The notes under the pieces were generated by a model that was not told the DNA's origin, ran no database searches, and worked only from the letters and a program-made list of their open reading frames with translations. A stretch of 44,478 nt of DNA from assembly GCA_044344765.1 (NCBI GenBank), contig JBIJCJ010000002.1, forward strand, positions 1-44,478, read 5' to 3'. The stretch comes from Pirellulales bacterium. Its GTDB lineage: Bacteria; Planctomycetota; Planctomycetia; Pirellulales; UBA1268. Of this stretch, positions 17,085 to 27,069 are shown in pieces. The position numbers were made by a program, and so were the translations under genes. Within the stretch, counting starts at the first letter, position 1. Each line of letters starts with the position of its first letter.

Positions 17085-18215
17085 TCACTGCCACATCGGC
17101 TGGGCCCGCCAGGCGGCCAGCGGCGCCAGGATGAGCAGCGGGAGCCAGGCGCCCAGCGACGGGCTGAACATGTCGGCGCCGGCCAGCGCGTGCGCCCCGA
17201 GCACGACCAGGAAGTAGACGACCGTCATTGCCACGCACAGGCCGACGGCGACGAACACACCACGGCGGGACGGCCCGACCACCAGCGGCAGCCCGAGCAG
17301 GACCAGCGCCATGTCGAGCAGCGGCGTGGTGACGCGGGCGTGCACCCGGAGCGGGATGTCGGCGGCCACACCCAGGCTGGGATTGGCGATCGCCCGCACG
17401 AGTTCGGGCGTGGACGAATACTGGCTCCAATTCGTGGAGCCGATCAGTTGCTCGAAGGTCACGTCGCTGGCCACGAAGCACTGTCGCGGCTGGAGCCAGG
17501 CCGCGCCTGCCCGCGTCAGCACCACCGGCCGCCCGCCCGACTCGAGCGGCGCCAGGCCGTCGATGTCGGCCGGCTCGACGACGCCCGACAGCACATAGCC
17601 GGCGGGATGGTCGGGGCCCGCCGGCCGCCAGACCGCCTCGGCGGCGTCGATCTGCGGGCCATAGTCGCCGAGCTGGGGCGGCATCAGCAGGCTGGGGGCG
17701 TCGATCCGCATGGTCGCCGCCTGGGCCGTGCGACCGCGGAAGAGTATTTCGGTGCGGTGGTCGTAGCGGGCCTCGAACGGCGTCGGCTGGTCGCCCGCGA
17801 GATCCTGGGCGTTGCGGGCGAAGGTGTGGCGGATCGACGGGATCACCAGTTCGCGGCTGGCCGCGGCGGTCAGGGCGACGACGGCGGCGAAGACGATCGT
17901 CGGCCGGGCGATCCGCCATCGCGTCACGCCCGCCGCCAGGAGCGCGGTCAGCTCGTTGTGCCGCTCCAGCCAGGAGAGCGCGAACATCGCGCTGGCCAGC
18001 GAGATCACCGGGCTCGTGGCGTCGAAGAACCAGATCAGCCGGTACCCGTAGTAGGCGGCCAAGACCTTGGCCAGGCCGCCGGCATTCCGGGCGTGGGCAC
18101 TGAACTCGTCCATGTTGGTGAAGGCGTCGAACACGAAATACAGGCCGGCGAGGCTCACGAACACGATCACGAACGCGTTCAGCTGGGCGCGCGTGATGTA
18201 GCGGTCGATGAGCAT
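17085..18215 (-). CDS. LptF/LptG-family (YjgP/YjgQ) LPS export permease
   Basis: MLIDRYI...F......L..L.FVFD.. N-terminus, 6 TM helices with a periplasmic insert, and ...ERHNELTALLAAGV.... Confidence 0.8.
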   Translation of the reverse strand: MLIDRYITRAQLNAFVIVFVSLAGLYFVFDAFTNMDEFSAHARNAGGLAKVLAAYYGYRLIWFFDATSPVISLASAMFALSWLERHNELTALLAAGVTRWRIARPTIVFAAVVALTAAASRELVIPSIRHTFARNAQDLAGDQPTPFEARYDHRTEILFRGRTAQAATMRIDAPSLLMPPQLGDYGPQIDAAEAVWRPAGPDHPAGYVLSGVVEPADIDGLAPLESGGRPVVLTRAGAAWLQPRQCFVASDVTFEQLIGSTNWSQYSSTPELVRAIANPSLGVAADIPLRVHARVTTPLLDMALVLLGLPLVVGPSRRGVFVAVGLCVAMTVVYFLVVLGAHALAGADMFSPSLGAWLPLLILAPLAAWRAQPMWQ

Positions 18216-18318
18216 GGGCGCTTGACGCGGGCGGCCGGCGGCCGACGATTGGGGTCATGAACGGGCTGCGGAGGCTAGGAATCCGCCGCCGAAACGTCAA
18301 TCCGGGCTTTGCCCGGGG

Positions 18319-19113
18319 ATGCCACCGATGGCCTGGTTCGAGACACTGCGGCGGCGGGCGGCCACCTGGGCGGGACGGGGGCTCGACCTCCTCTGTCCGC
18401 CACGCTGCGCCATGTGTGGATCCGACCCGGAGGACTCGGGCACCGGGGCGGCCGACGGGCAGGCCGCGGGGGTGTTCGTCTGTCCGGCCTGCGAGCGGGC
18501 GCTGGTCGAACGCAACGGGCGGTGCCCCCGCTGCGCCACGCCCTGCCCTGAAGGCCTCGACTGCGACCGGTGTCGGCGGAGCCGGCCCGGCTGGGAGGGG
18601 CTCGTGGTCCTGGGGGGCTATGGCGACGATCTGCGGACGGCCGTGCTCCGGGCCAAGCGGCCGGGCGCCGAAGCGGTGGCCGCGGCCCTCGGCCGGCTGA
18701 TCGTGCGCCGGCACCGCGACACGCTCGCGGCGTGGCACAGCGACGCGGTCGTGCCGGTGCCGATGCACTGGGCGCGGCGCTCGCTCCGCGGCACGAATGC
18801 GGCCGAGGAGATCGCCCTTCAGGTGGCCGCCGACCTCGGGCTGCCCTGCCGCCGCCTGCTCCGCCGCGCCCGCGCCACGCCGATGCAGAACGAACGCCCC
18901 TTCGCGGAGCGGCCCGCGAACGTCCGCGGCGCCTTCCGTCCGCGCCGGGGCGTGGCGGGCCTGCGGCTGCTGCTCGTGGACGACGTCGTGACCAGCGGTG
19001 GTACGCTGGCGGAATGTCGGCGTGCCTTGATGGACGCCGGCGCCGCCGCCGTGCACGCCGTCGCGGCGGCGCGGGCGGAGCGATCCACGGAGACGAGGGA
19101 CGAGGATGTCTGA
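18319..19113 (+). CDS. comF: ComF-family phosphoribosyltransferase-domain protein
   Basis: N-terminal Cys clusters (CPPRCAMCG...CPACE...CPRC...CDRC) and the PRTase motif LLLVDDVVTSGGT. Confidence 0.75.
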   Translation: MPPMAWFETLRRRAATWAGRGLDLLCPPRCAMCGSDPEDSGTGAADGQAAGVFVCPACERALVERNGRCPRCATPCPEGLDCDRCRRSRPGWEGLVVLGGYGDDLRTAVLRAKRPGAEAVAAALGRLIVRRHRDTLAAWHSDAVVPVPMHWARRSLRGTNAAEEIALQVAADLGLPCRRLLRRARATPMQNERPFAERPANVRGAFRPRRGVAGLRLLLVDDVVTSGGTLAECRRALMDAGAAAVHAVAAARAERSTETRDEDV

Positions 19114-20071
19114 CGGTCGCACGATCAGAGTCGGCACGCGGGGCAGCCCGCTCGCCAGGGTCCAGACCGAGGCGGTCGTCACCCGGCTGCGCGGCCTCGG
19201 GCACGCCGTGGAGGTTGAGACGATCACGACGGTCGGCGACGTGCGCACCGACGTGCCGATCGCCGGCATCGTGCACGAGGCGGGTGGCAGCGACGGCGTG
19301 TTCGTCCGCGAGCTCGAGCGGGCGCTGCTCGAGGGGCGGATCGACGCCGCCGTGCACAGCCTCAAGGATCTGCCCACCGCCGTGCCGGAAGGACTCGCGA
19401 TCGGCTGCGTCCCCGAGCGGGTGACGCCCTTCGACGTGCTGGTCGGCAGGCCCGGCGCGACGCTCGCCGCGTTGCCCGCCGGCGCCGTCGTGGGCACGTC
19501 GAGCATCCGCCGCGTCGTCCAGGTGAAGACCCTGCGGCCGGACGTGACCGTCAAGGCGATCCGTGGCAACGTCGACACCCGCCTGCGGAAGCTCGACGCG
19601 GGCGCGTGCGACTGTCTGATCCTCGCCGGCGCGGGGCTGCACAGGCTCGGCCTCGCGGGGCGGATCTCGGAGGTGCTGTCGCCGCCGGCCTTCTGGCCGG
19701 CCGTCGCCCAAGGAGCGGTGGCCGTGGAGATACGCGCCGCCGACGCGCGGATGCGAGACGCTCTCGCGCCGCTCGACGACGGGTCGGCCCATGCGGCTGT
19801 CCGCGCCGAACGGGCCTGCCTGGCGGCGCTTGCCGGGGGATGCCTGGCGCCGATCGGCGCCTGGGCCAGGACATGCGGCGATCGGCTCACGCTCGGCGCC
19901 GTGGTGTTCGAGGAGCATGCCGGCGCGGTGCGGGCAGTCTCCGCAGACCGCGTGGCCGATTCGGTCGGCGAACGCCCCGAAGCGCTGGGGATGCGCGTGG
20001 CGGAGGCCCTGTGCGCCGCCGGAGCGGCAGACATGCTCGATCGCATGCGGGGCCGCTCGTCGCGATCGTGA
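19106..20071 (+). CDS. hemC: hydroxymethylbilane synthase (porphobilinogen deaminase)
   Basis: IRVGTRGSPLARVQTE..., ...HSLKDLPT..., ...GNVDTRLRKL..., ...ERA.L..L.GGC..PIGA.... Confidence 0.9.
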   Translation: MSDGRTIRVGTRGSPLARVQTEAVVTRLRGLGHAVEVETITTVGDVRTDVPIAGIVHEAGGSDGVFVRELERALLEGRIDAAVHSLKDLPTAVPEGLAIGCVPERVTPFDVLVGRPGATLAALPAGAVVGTSSIRRVVQVKTLRPDVTVKAIRGNVDTRLRKLDAGACDCLILAGAGLHRLGLAGRISEVLSPPAFWPAVAQGAVAVEIRAADARMRDALAPLDDGSAHAAVRAERACLAALAGGCLAPIGAWARTCGDRLTLGAVVFEEHAGAVRAVSADRVADSVGERPEALGMRVAEALCAAGAADMLDRMRGRSSRS

Positions 20072-20352
20072 CCCAGCCGCACGTTTTGGGGCGAACCACG
20101 GCACCTGACGGTGGTTTTATCCCGGCTGCAGGGCTTTCGATCGCGCAGCTGCCACGGCAGCGAGGCACTCCCCGCAAGTGTCCCTCCAACGGTATGGTCC
20201 ATCCACCCTGAGGACGTCCTTATGTTGTTTGTGGGAAGTTCATTCTGTAGATTTCAGCGGCATTGAGAGCTTGTCAGAAGGCTGGCCAGCGGCAAGAAGA
20301 GTGGATTCTCGTAGCGTGTGACGTCACGTCGCAGGCAGAAAGTTGAAACCAG

Positions 20353-20985
20353 ATGTCGATCAAAGTCGTCATTGCGGATGATCACGAGGTGGTGCGGCGC
20401 GGGCTGGTAAGCCTGCTGGCCGGGTCGGAGGTGAAGATCGTCGGTGAAGCCGCCAACGGTGACGAGGCGGTGAAGATGACCAAGAAACTCAAGCCCGACG
20501 TGGTTCTCCTCGACATTCGCATGCCTGGCAAGGACGGGCTGGCGGCCCTGGAAAAGATTCGTGCCGACGCCCCGGCGGTGCGGTGCGTGATGCTGTCCAC
20601 CTTCGACAATCCGACGTACGTCGCCCGGGCAGTGGCCGCCGGGGCTCATGACTACATCCTCAAGGGCAGCAGCCGCAGCGAACTGATCAATTCGATCACC
20701 GGTGCCGCGGCCGGCCAATTGCCGATGCGGGCCGGCGAACTCCGTCGCGTTGCCACCACGATGGCCAACCGTGTGGCGACGCCCGATCCCGACATCCCGC
20801 TCACTCAGCGGGAGACACAGGTGCTCCGGCACATGGCCCTGGGCCTCTCCAACAAGGAGATCGCCCAGTCGCTGACGATCAGCGTGGAGACGGTGAAGGA
20901 GCACGTGCAAAACATCCTCCGCAAGATCGCCGTCTCCGACCGCACGCAGGCGGCGGTCTGGGCCGTGCGCCGCGGCCTGGTGTGA
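20353..20985 (+). CDS. NarL/LuxR-family two-component response regulator
   Basis: REC domain (VVIADDHEVVRRGL...DVVLLDIRMPGKDG) plus a LuxR HTH (LTQRETQVLRHMALGLSNKEIAQSLTISVETVKEHV). Confidence 0.9.
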   Translation: MSIKVVIADDHEVVRRGLVSLLAGSEVKIVGEAANGDEAVKMTKKLKPDVVLLDIRMPGKDGLAALEKIRADAPAVRCVMLSTFDNPTYVARAVAAGAHDYILKGSSRSELINSITGAAAGQLPMRAGELRRVATTMANRVATPDPDIPLTQRETQVLRHMALGLSNKEIAQSLTISVETVKEHVQNILRKIAVSDRTQAAVWAVRRGLV

Positions 20986-20990
20986 CGCAC

Positions 20991-21025
20991 GCGACGTTGG
21001 AGCGGCGGTCTCTGACCGTCGCTCA
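20991..21025. repeat. single family-A repeat unit
   Basis: cgacgttggagcggcggtctctgaccgtcgctcag, 6 nt after the response-regulator stop. Confidence 0.6.
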
Positions 21026-21188
21026 GGCAGCGCTTGAACAGGTGGGCCGGCGTGGGGTCGCGGCCCAAGGGATGCTGTTCATCCTGTTGCTACGGCGAGG
21101 ATGATGACGTTCACGACGATTCGTTCTCGACGTTCACGTTTTTGAGTAGCACAAGACCTTGCTCGCTGCCGGAATACGCATTGCTGTT

Positions 21189-21310
21189 CTCCCTCTCCCT
21201 CTGGGAGAGGGCTGGGGTGAGGGTGCTGAATGGAGTGAGGGTGTTTTTCGTTGCGTCATCGGAGGCACCCTCACCCGGCCTGCGGCCGGCCTCTCCCAGG
21301 GGGAGAGGCG
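21189..21310. repeat. family-B palindromic repeat element (copy 2)
   Basis: ctccctctccctctgggagagggctggggtgagggtgc ... gcaccctcacccggcctgcggccggcctctcccagggggagaggcg. The right arm is nearly identical to 6446-6490. Confidence 0.8.
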
Positions 21311-21545
21311 ATGGGGTCTATCGGAGCGATCCTCCGACGGGTAACTCTTCGAAGTGTGGTGAAAGGCCCAAAGGTCGCATGCGGCTTTTCCTGCGCCCCG
21401 GATTCTTCCGCCTCCCCATCAAGGCAGGTGAGCGGGTCGGTGTGAGGATCGCGAGCGTGCCGGCGCTTCGCCGCAGCGAGCGAACTCATACCGCCCGCTC
21501 ACCGGGTTGGGCCGCACGAACCCGGCCCCGCCCACGACATGCGAC

Positions 21546-22469
21546 CTACCGCGCGCGCGGGTGGGCCTTATCGAAGGCGTCGAGGAGGCGGCTGGTCGTG
21601 ACGTGGGTGTAGATCTGCGTGGTCACGAGGCTCTTGTGGCCGAGCAGTTCCTGGACGCTGCGGATGTCGGCGCCGGCGTCGAGGAGATGCGTGGCGAAGC
21701 TGTGCCGGAGCGTGTGCGGGCTGGCCCGGCCGGTGAGGCCGGCGACGGCCAGGTGCTTCTCCAGGAGCCGGGCCACGCCGCGGACGGAAAGCCGGCCGCC
21801 GAGCTTGTTGGTGAACAGCGGTCGTGAGCCGCGCGGCGCCGTGGCCGCCTGGCGGGGGCGGGCGGCGAGCCATGCCTCCAAGGCGGCGCGGGCGTGGCGG
21901 CCGACGATGCCCAGCCGCTCGCGGCGGCCCTTGCCGCGGACGCGGACGGTCGCGTTGCGCAGGTCGAGGTCGGCGTCGTCGAGTCCGACCAGTTCCCGGA
22001 CGCGGACGCCCGACGAGTACATGAGCTCGAGGATCGCCCGATCCCGCAGGCCCCCGGCCGCCTGCGGCTGCGGAGCCGCCAGGAGCCGGGCGATCTCGGC
22101 GCCGGTGAGGAACTTGGGCAGCTTCCGCGCCCGCCGCGGACCACGGAGCGGCTTCGCGGGGTTGGCCCGAACCCAGCCTTCGCGCTGGCCGAAGGCATAG
22201 AAGCTGCGCATGCTGGCCAGCTTGCGGGCGACGGTGGAGGCGGCGTAACCGGCGGCGTGCAGGCCCGATGCGAACCGCCGTAGGAGTACGGTCGATGCTT
22301 CGCCCGGGCCGCGGCAGCCGGCCGACCGCAGGAACTCCTCGAGCTGGAGGAGGTCCTCGCGGTAGCTCTTGAGCGTCAGCGGCGAGCCCCCCCGCTCCGC
22401 CGAGAGGTACGTCAGAAAGCGGCCGATCGCGGCGGCGAAGTCGGGTGTGTTCGCCGGGGAACGTGGCAT
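21546..22469 (-). CDS. xerC: tyrosine site-specific recombinase, XerC/XerD family
   Basis: N-terminal SAM-like domain (FLTYLSAERGGSPLTLKSYREDL) and catalytic ...HTLRHSFATHLLDAGADIRSVQELLGHKSLVTTQIYTHV. Confidence 0.8.
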   Translation of the reverse strand: MPRSPANTPDFAAAIGRFLTYLSAERGGSPLTLKSYREDLLQLEEFLRSAGCRGPGEASTVLLRRFASGLHAAGYAASTVARKLASMRSFYAFGQREGWVRANPAKPLRGPRRARKLPKFLTGAEIARLLAAPQPQAAGGLRDRAILELMYSSGVRVRELVGLDDADLDLRNATVRVRGKGRRERLGIVGRHARAALEAWLAARPRQAATAPRGSRPLFTNKLGGRLSVRGVARLLEKHLAVAGLTGRASPHTLRHSFATHLLDAGADIRSVQELLGHKSLVTTQIYTHVTTSRLLDAFDKAHPRAR

Positions 22470-22484
22470 CGCGGTGGGCCCGGC

Positions 22485-22718
22485 TTACGCGGGCCGGTCG
22501 GCACGCGGCACGAACTTGATCCGCCGCGGCCGCGGCGTGTTGTTGCGGACCTTCTGACCCAGCACGGCTGCGTCGTACCAGGAGAAGCTCAGGTCCGGAT
22601 TGGCCGCGTGGCGGGCCAGGGCCTGCAGCGCCTCGTCATGGCTGTCGTCGTCGTACAAGAACACGTACCGCTCGCCCCCCTTGACGAGAGCAATGACGTT
22701 GATGTCGCGAGAGGTCAT
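22485..22718 (-). CDS. small hypothetical protein (77 aa)
   Basis: MTSRDINVIALVKGGERYVFLYDDD.... It lies between the PIG-L and xerC genes on the same strand. The longer ORF reaching 22853 is possible. Confidence 0.45.
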   Translation of the reverse strand: MTSRDINVIALVKGGERYVFLYDDDSHDEALQALARHAANPDLSFSWYDAAVLGQKVRNNTPRPRRIKFVPRADRPA

Positions 22719-22932
22719 CGGAGTCCCCGGACGAGTGGCGGATCGGCGCACTCCGACCCGGAAAGGGGTATCGGCCTCCGGGATCCGCCGCGGCCAGCCT
22801 TCCGCAGATCGCCCCCCGAGTTTCCGCGATCGGGCCAGCCGTCCGGAAATCACTCGCCGAGCCGTATGACTCTGGGAAACCTGTGCCGGCGGGGCGGTCG
22901 AAGGCCGGCCGGCAGGCGGGGGCGACGAGGAA

Positions 22933-23613
22933 TCACACGAGGCCGGCGAAGGCCCGGAGGCCGATCGGCTCGCGGGCCCAGAAGGGCTCGCCGTGCGTGG
23001 CCCCGATCACGGAGCCCCACCAGGCGTCGGCGGCCGCGACGCGGTCGAGCACGGTCGGCGCCGGCCCGGGGGCGAACTGGCTGGCATAGCAGGCGAGCGC
23101 CCGCCGCTTGAGCTCCCAGGTCGTGGAGATGTCGACCACGAAGGCCGGGTGGCGGACCATCTTCAGGTGCACGCAGGCGTAGTGGTAGATCCGCTCCGGG
23201 TGCCAGGGCTCGCCCGGGAGGTCGCACTTGGTGAGCTTCGCCCAGAACCGCGCGGCCTCGACGAGCCGTGTCGCCGCCACGTGGTCGGGATGGGCGTCGA
23301 TCCAGTGCGGCGCGAAGAGCCAGCGCGGGCGAACCCTGCGGATCACGCCGGCCAGGGCGGCGCGGGCCGCGAGCGTGGCCCGCAGCCGGCGGTTCGGCAG
23401 GCCGAGGTTCTCGCGCCACGGCACGCCCAGCGCGGCCGTGGCCGCGGCGGTCTCGCGGCCGCGGATCTCGATGGATCCCCGCGGCGTCGGCTCGCCGTCG
23501 GTGAGGTCGAGAATGCCGACCTGCATCCGCTGGGCCAGCATCAGGGCGATCGTGCCTCCCATGCCGAGCTCGGCGTCGTCGGGGTGGGGGGCGATGACGA
23601 GGGCGTCGAGCAT
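22933..23613 (-). CDS. PIG-L/LmbE-family N-acetylglucosaminyl deacetylase (BshB-like)
   Basis: VIAPHPDDAELGMGGT..., ...HPDH... motifs. I chose the ATG at 23613 because the longer ORF reaching 24084 has a non-protein-like Arg/Pro/Ala composition. Confidence 0.8.
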   Translation of the reverse strand: MLDALVIAPHPDDAELGMGGTIALMLAQRMQVGILDLTDGEPTPRGSIEIRGRETAAATAALGVPWRENLGLPNRRLRATLAARAALAGVIRRVRPRWLFAPHWIDAHPDHVAATRLVEAARFWAKLTKCDLPGEPWHPERIYHYACVHLKMVRHPAFVVDISTTWELKRRALACYASQFAPGPAPTVLDRVAAADAWWGSVIGATHGEPFWAREPIGLRAFAGLV

Positions 23614-23717
23614 GGTGCGGACTCCGGAGCGCCGCGCCGGTTGTCCCCGCGCGGCGGCCACGAGCATACTCTGCGGGCAATTCGAAACGACGGAGCCCGG
23701 CACGGCCGGGATGAGCC

Positions 23718-25262
23718 ATGGCAGCGCACGAGCAACACGACGGCCCGGAACGGACCGAGGCCGACGCCTTCGCGGCGGCGTGCCGGCAGGCGCGGCGGGG
23801 GGCCGTGCTGGCATCGATCGACGCGGTTCTGGGGTGGGACGAGCAGACGATGATGCCGCGCGACGCGGCCGGCCATCGGGCGGAGCAGGCGGCGGCCATT
23901 GCGGCCCTCGCGCATCGCGAACGCACCGACCCGCGGCAGGGCGATCGCCTGGCGCGGCTCGCGGCCGGGAGCATGGCGGCCCACGGCACGCCCGACGAGC
24001 GGGCGACGATCCGCCTGCTGGCGAAGGATTTTGCCCGCCAGGCGCGTCTGCCGCAGCGGCTCGTCGAGGAACTGGCCCGCACACGGGTTGGGGCCCAGCA
24101 GGCGTGGGTGGCTGCCCGCGCGGCGTCCGACTGGCCGATGCTCGAGCCGTGGCTGCGAAAGATGTTCGAACTGAAGCGGGAGCAGGCCGCCTGCCAGGAG
24201 CCGGACCTCGATCCGTACGATGCCCTGCTCGACGAATACGAACCCGGCGGCCGTTCGCTGGCGATCGCGGAGCGGTTCGCCGGCCTGCGGGCGGGGCTCG
24301 TGCCCCTCGTGCAAGCCTGTGCCGCGGCCCGGCGCAGGCCCGACGACGCCGTCCTGCGCCGGGCGTATCCGGTGGATGCCCAGCGGCGGTTCGTCACGCA
24401 GGTGGCCGAGCGGATCGGCTTCGACTTCCACCGCGGTCGGCTCGACACCACTGCGCATCCGTTCTGCTCGACGCTGGGGCCCGACGACTGTCGGATCACG
24501 ACCCGGTGGGACGAGCGCTTCCTGCCCACGGCCCTGTTCGGCGTGCTGCACGAGGCCGGGCACGGCCTCTACGAGCAGGGGCTGCGCGGGGAGTGGTACG
24601 GCCTGCCGCCGGGGGAGGCCGCGTCGCTGGGCATTCACGAGTCGCAGTCGCGGCTGTGGGAGAATCTCGTCGGTCGCTCCCGGCCGTTCTGGGACTGGTG
24701 CTTTCCGCTGGCGCAGGCCGCCTTTCCGGCGGCGCTCGGTGACACGGATGCCGCCGCCGTGCACGAGGCGTTGCTGACGGTCAGGCCGTCGTTCATTCGC
24801 GTCGAGGCGGACGAGGTGACCTACAACCTGCACGTCATGCTGCGGTTCGATCTGGAGCGGGCGGTGGTCCAGGGCGAGCTGCCGATCGGCGACCTGCCCG
24901 CCGCCTGGGACGAGCGGTTCGAGCGCGACTTCGGGATGCGGCCGACCTCGGCGGCCGAGGGCGTGCTGCAGGACATCCACTGGAGCGCCGGGCTGATCGG
25001 CTACTTTCCCACCTACACCCTCGGCACCATGTATGCCGCCCAGCTCATGGCGGCGGCCGAGGAGCGGTTGCCCGGCCTCCCGGCCCGGTTCGCCGCCGGG
25101 GAGTTCGGCGACCTGCGGCACTGGCTGCGGCGGGAGGTGCATGCCGCCGGGCGGCTGCTCGAATCGGAGCCGCTCGTGGAGCAGGTGACCGGCAGAACGG
25201 TCTCCGAGGCCTGGCTGCTGGAGAGCCTCGGCCGCCGATACGGCCCCGTCCACGGGCTGTGA
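23718..25262 (+). CDS. M32-family carboxypeptidase (Taq-type metallocarboxypeptidase)
   Basis: HEAGHGLYEQG (HEXXH), IHESQSRLWEN and DIHWS motifs. Confidence 0.9.
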   Translation: MAAHEQHDGPERTEADAFAAACRQARRGAVLASIDAVLGWDEQTMMPRDAAGHRAEQAAAIAALAHRERTDPRQGDRLARLAAGSMAAHGTPDERATIRLLAKDFARQARLPQRLVEELARTRVGAQQAWVAARAASDWPMLEPWLRKMFELKREQAACQEPDLDPYDALLDEYEPGGRSLAIAERFAGLRAGLVPLVQACAAARRRPDDAVLRRAYPVDAQRRFVTQVAERIGFDFHRGRLDTTAHPFCSTLGPDDCRITTRWDERFLPTALFGVLHEAGHGLYEQGLRGEWYGLPPGEAASLGIHESQSRLWENLVGRSRPFWDWCFPLAQAAFPAALGDTDAAAVHEALLTVRPSFIRVEADEVTYNLHVMLRFDLERAVVQGELPIGDLPAAWDERFERDFGMRPTSAAEGVLQDIHWSAGLIGYFPTYTLGTMYAAQLMAAAEERLPGLPARFAAGEFGDLRHWLRREVHAAGRLLESEPLVEQVTGRTVSEAWLLESLGRRYGPVHGL

Positions 25263-25373
25263 CGGGATCGCGTCCCTGTTCGCCCCGGAAAACCCGGTGG
25301 TAGACTTTGCGGGCCCCGCGAAGTGGCGGGCGACGCGACGCACCTTGGGAATGCACGAGCCGGGGAGGTGGTG

Positions 25374-27029
25374 ATGGCCGACGACGACCAGAAGCAAGAT
25401 TCCGCGCCCGATCCCTGGGCCGACATCCTCGCCGGCGACTCCGCCGATCCCCAGCCCGAACTGGCCTTTTCGTTCGACGAAGCGGCTGACAAGACGCCGG
25501 CGGTCGATCCGCCAGAACCTGCGACGCCGATCGGTGCAGTGCCCGCCGCGGCAGCGGCCCCTGACGCGGCGCTGGATGACGATCTGGTCGGCGCCTGGCT
25601 CGACGAGCCCGATGCCGCGAAGCCGCAGCCTGCTGGCGACGCAATCGCGCAGGACGCAGCCGGGCAATCGTCGGCGATCGAGATTGGGACTGGTTCGTCC
25701 GGGATCGTGGCCGACACGGATCTCGATGTCTGGGGTGAGGCTTCTCCCGCGTCCGACACGCTCCCCGCCGAGGCTGATGGTTCGGGCGATGCCTTCGCGT
25801 TCACGGCCAGTGCGGAGCCGGAGGCTGGTGCTGGAGAAGCGGATGATTCGTTTCCCCTCGTCGCGACCACGGGCGACGAGTCATCGGTTTCCGCGCCGGG
25901 GCAGTTGATCGACGACACGCTCGCCGATGCGGCCGTCCTGGCCGGGGCAGCCGCCGGAGCCGTCGCTGCCGCTCCGCGCAAGGCCGGCAAGCCGGCCAAA
26001 AAGAAAAAGGGCGGCCTCGGACAGATGATCGGCGTCGTGCTCGGCGGCGTGATGGCGATCCCGATCACGCTCGGCATCCTGATCTGGGGTTTCCAGAAGG
26101 ATCCTTTCAAGGTCACGAAGCACGTTCCCGAGAGCGTCGCGTTTCTGCTCCCGCAGAAGTTTCAGCCCGGATTCAAGAAATCTGGCTTGGCCCAGGGAGC
26201 GTCACGCACCGTCTCGCCGCTCGATGCGCTCGGCACCGGCGGGGCGCAGGTGGACGATGCATCATCGAGCGCGGGCGACGTTCCCGACCTCGCCGTGGAC
26301 GAGCCCCGGCTAGCGCCGGCGGGTGAGCCTTCAGTTGACGACGTCGCGGTCGTGCCTCCTGCCGACGGCGAGACCTTCGAGGATCCGTTGGCGGCCGCGG
26401 CCCAGCCTGCGGTCACCCCGGCTTCGCCCGATCCGGTCGCGCAGGCTGCCGCGGTGGCAGCGGCAGCGGCGGCGGCAGCCGCCGCCGATCGCCAGCAGCT
26501 CGATGCAGCGGTGGAAGGAGCCCTCACGGCCCTGGCAGCCGTCGAAGAGGTGGCGAACGCCGAGGATCCGTCCCGCAAGGCGTTGCTCGTCGATTTCTAC
26601 AAGGCGCTGGCCAAGGTGGGCGAGGAGCTGGTGATGCTCGAGCACATTTCTGCGGATGCCGGCCGGCCGCTCGCCGAGCCCCCGCAGTCGATCGTCGGCA
26701 TCCATGGTCGTCTCGGCCGGTATCGGGAAGACCTTGTGCGGCTGGGGCGGAATTGGCTCGACTATTCCAAGCGGCCGAGCAGCGGCGTTGTGCTGCCGGT
26801 GACGTTCGAACAGTCGCGGCGGATCGGGCCCTACTGGTCTTCGAAGGTGGCGCTCGCCCTCCCCAAGGGAGCCACGCGGGCACTCACCGTGCTCTCCCGC
26901 GCGGAGCCGGCGGCCGTGCAGGGCGACGCCGTGATCCTCACGGGCATCGCATTCGACGGCGACGTGGTCTGGGCCGCGGACGTGCGGCCGCTCGCGCCGC
27001 AGGGCGGTGGGTTTGGAGGCGGTTTTTGA
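25374..27029 (+). CDS. hypothetical single-pass membrane protein: acidic disordered N-terminus, one TM helix, structured C-terminal domain
   Basis: ~220 aa D/E/A/P-rich region, a KKKKGG stop-transfer followed by the TM helix LGQMIGVVLGGVMAIPITLGILIWGF, then a ~300 aa C-terminal part. No family recognised. Confidence 0.55.
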   Translation: MADDDQKQDSAPDPWADILAGDSADPQPELAFSFDEAADKTPAVDPPEPATPIGAVPAAAAAPDAALDDDLVGAWLDEPDAAKPQPAGDAIAQDAAGQSSAIEIGTGSSGIVADTDLDVWGEASPASDTLPAEADGSGDAFAFTASAEPEAGAGEADDSFPLVATTGDESSVSAPGQLIDDTLADAAVLAGAAAGAVAAAPRKAGKPAKKKKGGLGQMIGVVLGGVMAIPITLGILIWGFQKDPFKVTKHVPESVAFLLPQKFQPGFKKSGLAQGASRTVSPLDALGTGGAQVDDASSSAGDVPDLAVDEPRLAPAGEPSVDDVAVVPPADGETFEDPLAAAAQPAVTPASPDPVAQAAAVAAAAAAAAAADRQQLDAAVEGALTALAAVEEVANAEDPSRKALLVDFYKALAKVGEELVMLEHISADAGRPLAEPPQSIVGIHGRLGRYREDLVRLGRNWLDYSKRPSSGVVLPVTFEQSRRIGPYWSSKVALALPKGATRALTVLSRAEPAAVQGDAVILTGIAFDGDVVWAADVRPLAPQGGGFGGGF

Positions 27030-27069
27030 GCGATCGGCAGACGCCCGGGTCGGGGAAGCGGCACGCAGG

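Noticed and set aside
17044-20202. Very long minus-strand ORF (1052 aa). Similar giant ORFs lie at 2903-4546, 5063-6535, 6502-7974, 8010-9875, 23541-25667, 26938-28647, 32480-34795, 35958-38843 (its upstream part) and 40659-41765.
   Set aside because: These are Arg/Pro/Gly/Ala-dominated shadow ORFs of the kind expected in very GC-rich DNA. They lie antisense to, or out of frame with, genes that have clear family motifs (LptF/G, ComF, HemC and others), and they contain no recognisable domains.
21034-21612. 192-aa plus-strand ORF between the response regulator gene and xerC.
   Set aside because: It spans the family-B palindromic element and runs into the antisense strand of the xerC 3' end. 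It has no motifs and is probably an artefact of the repeat.
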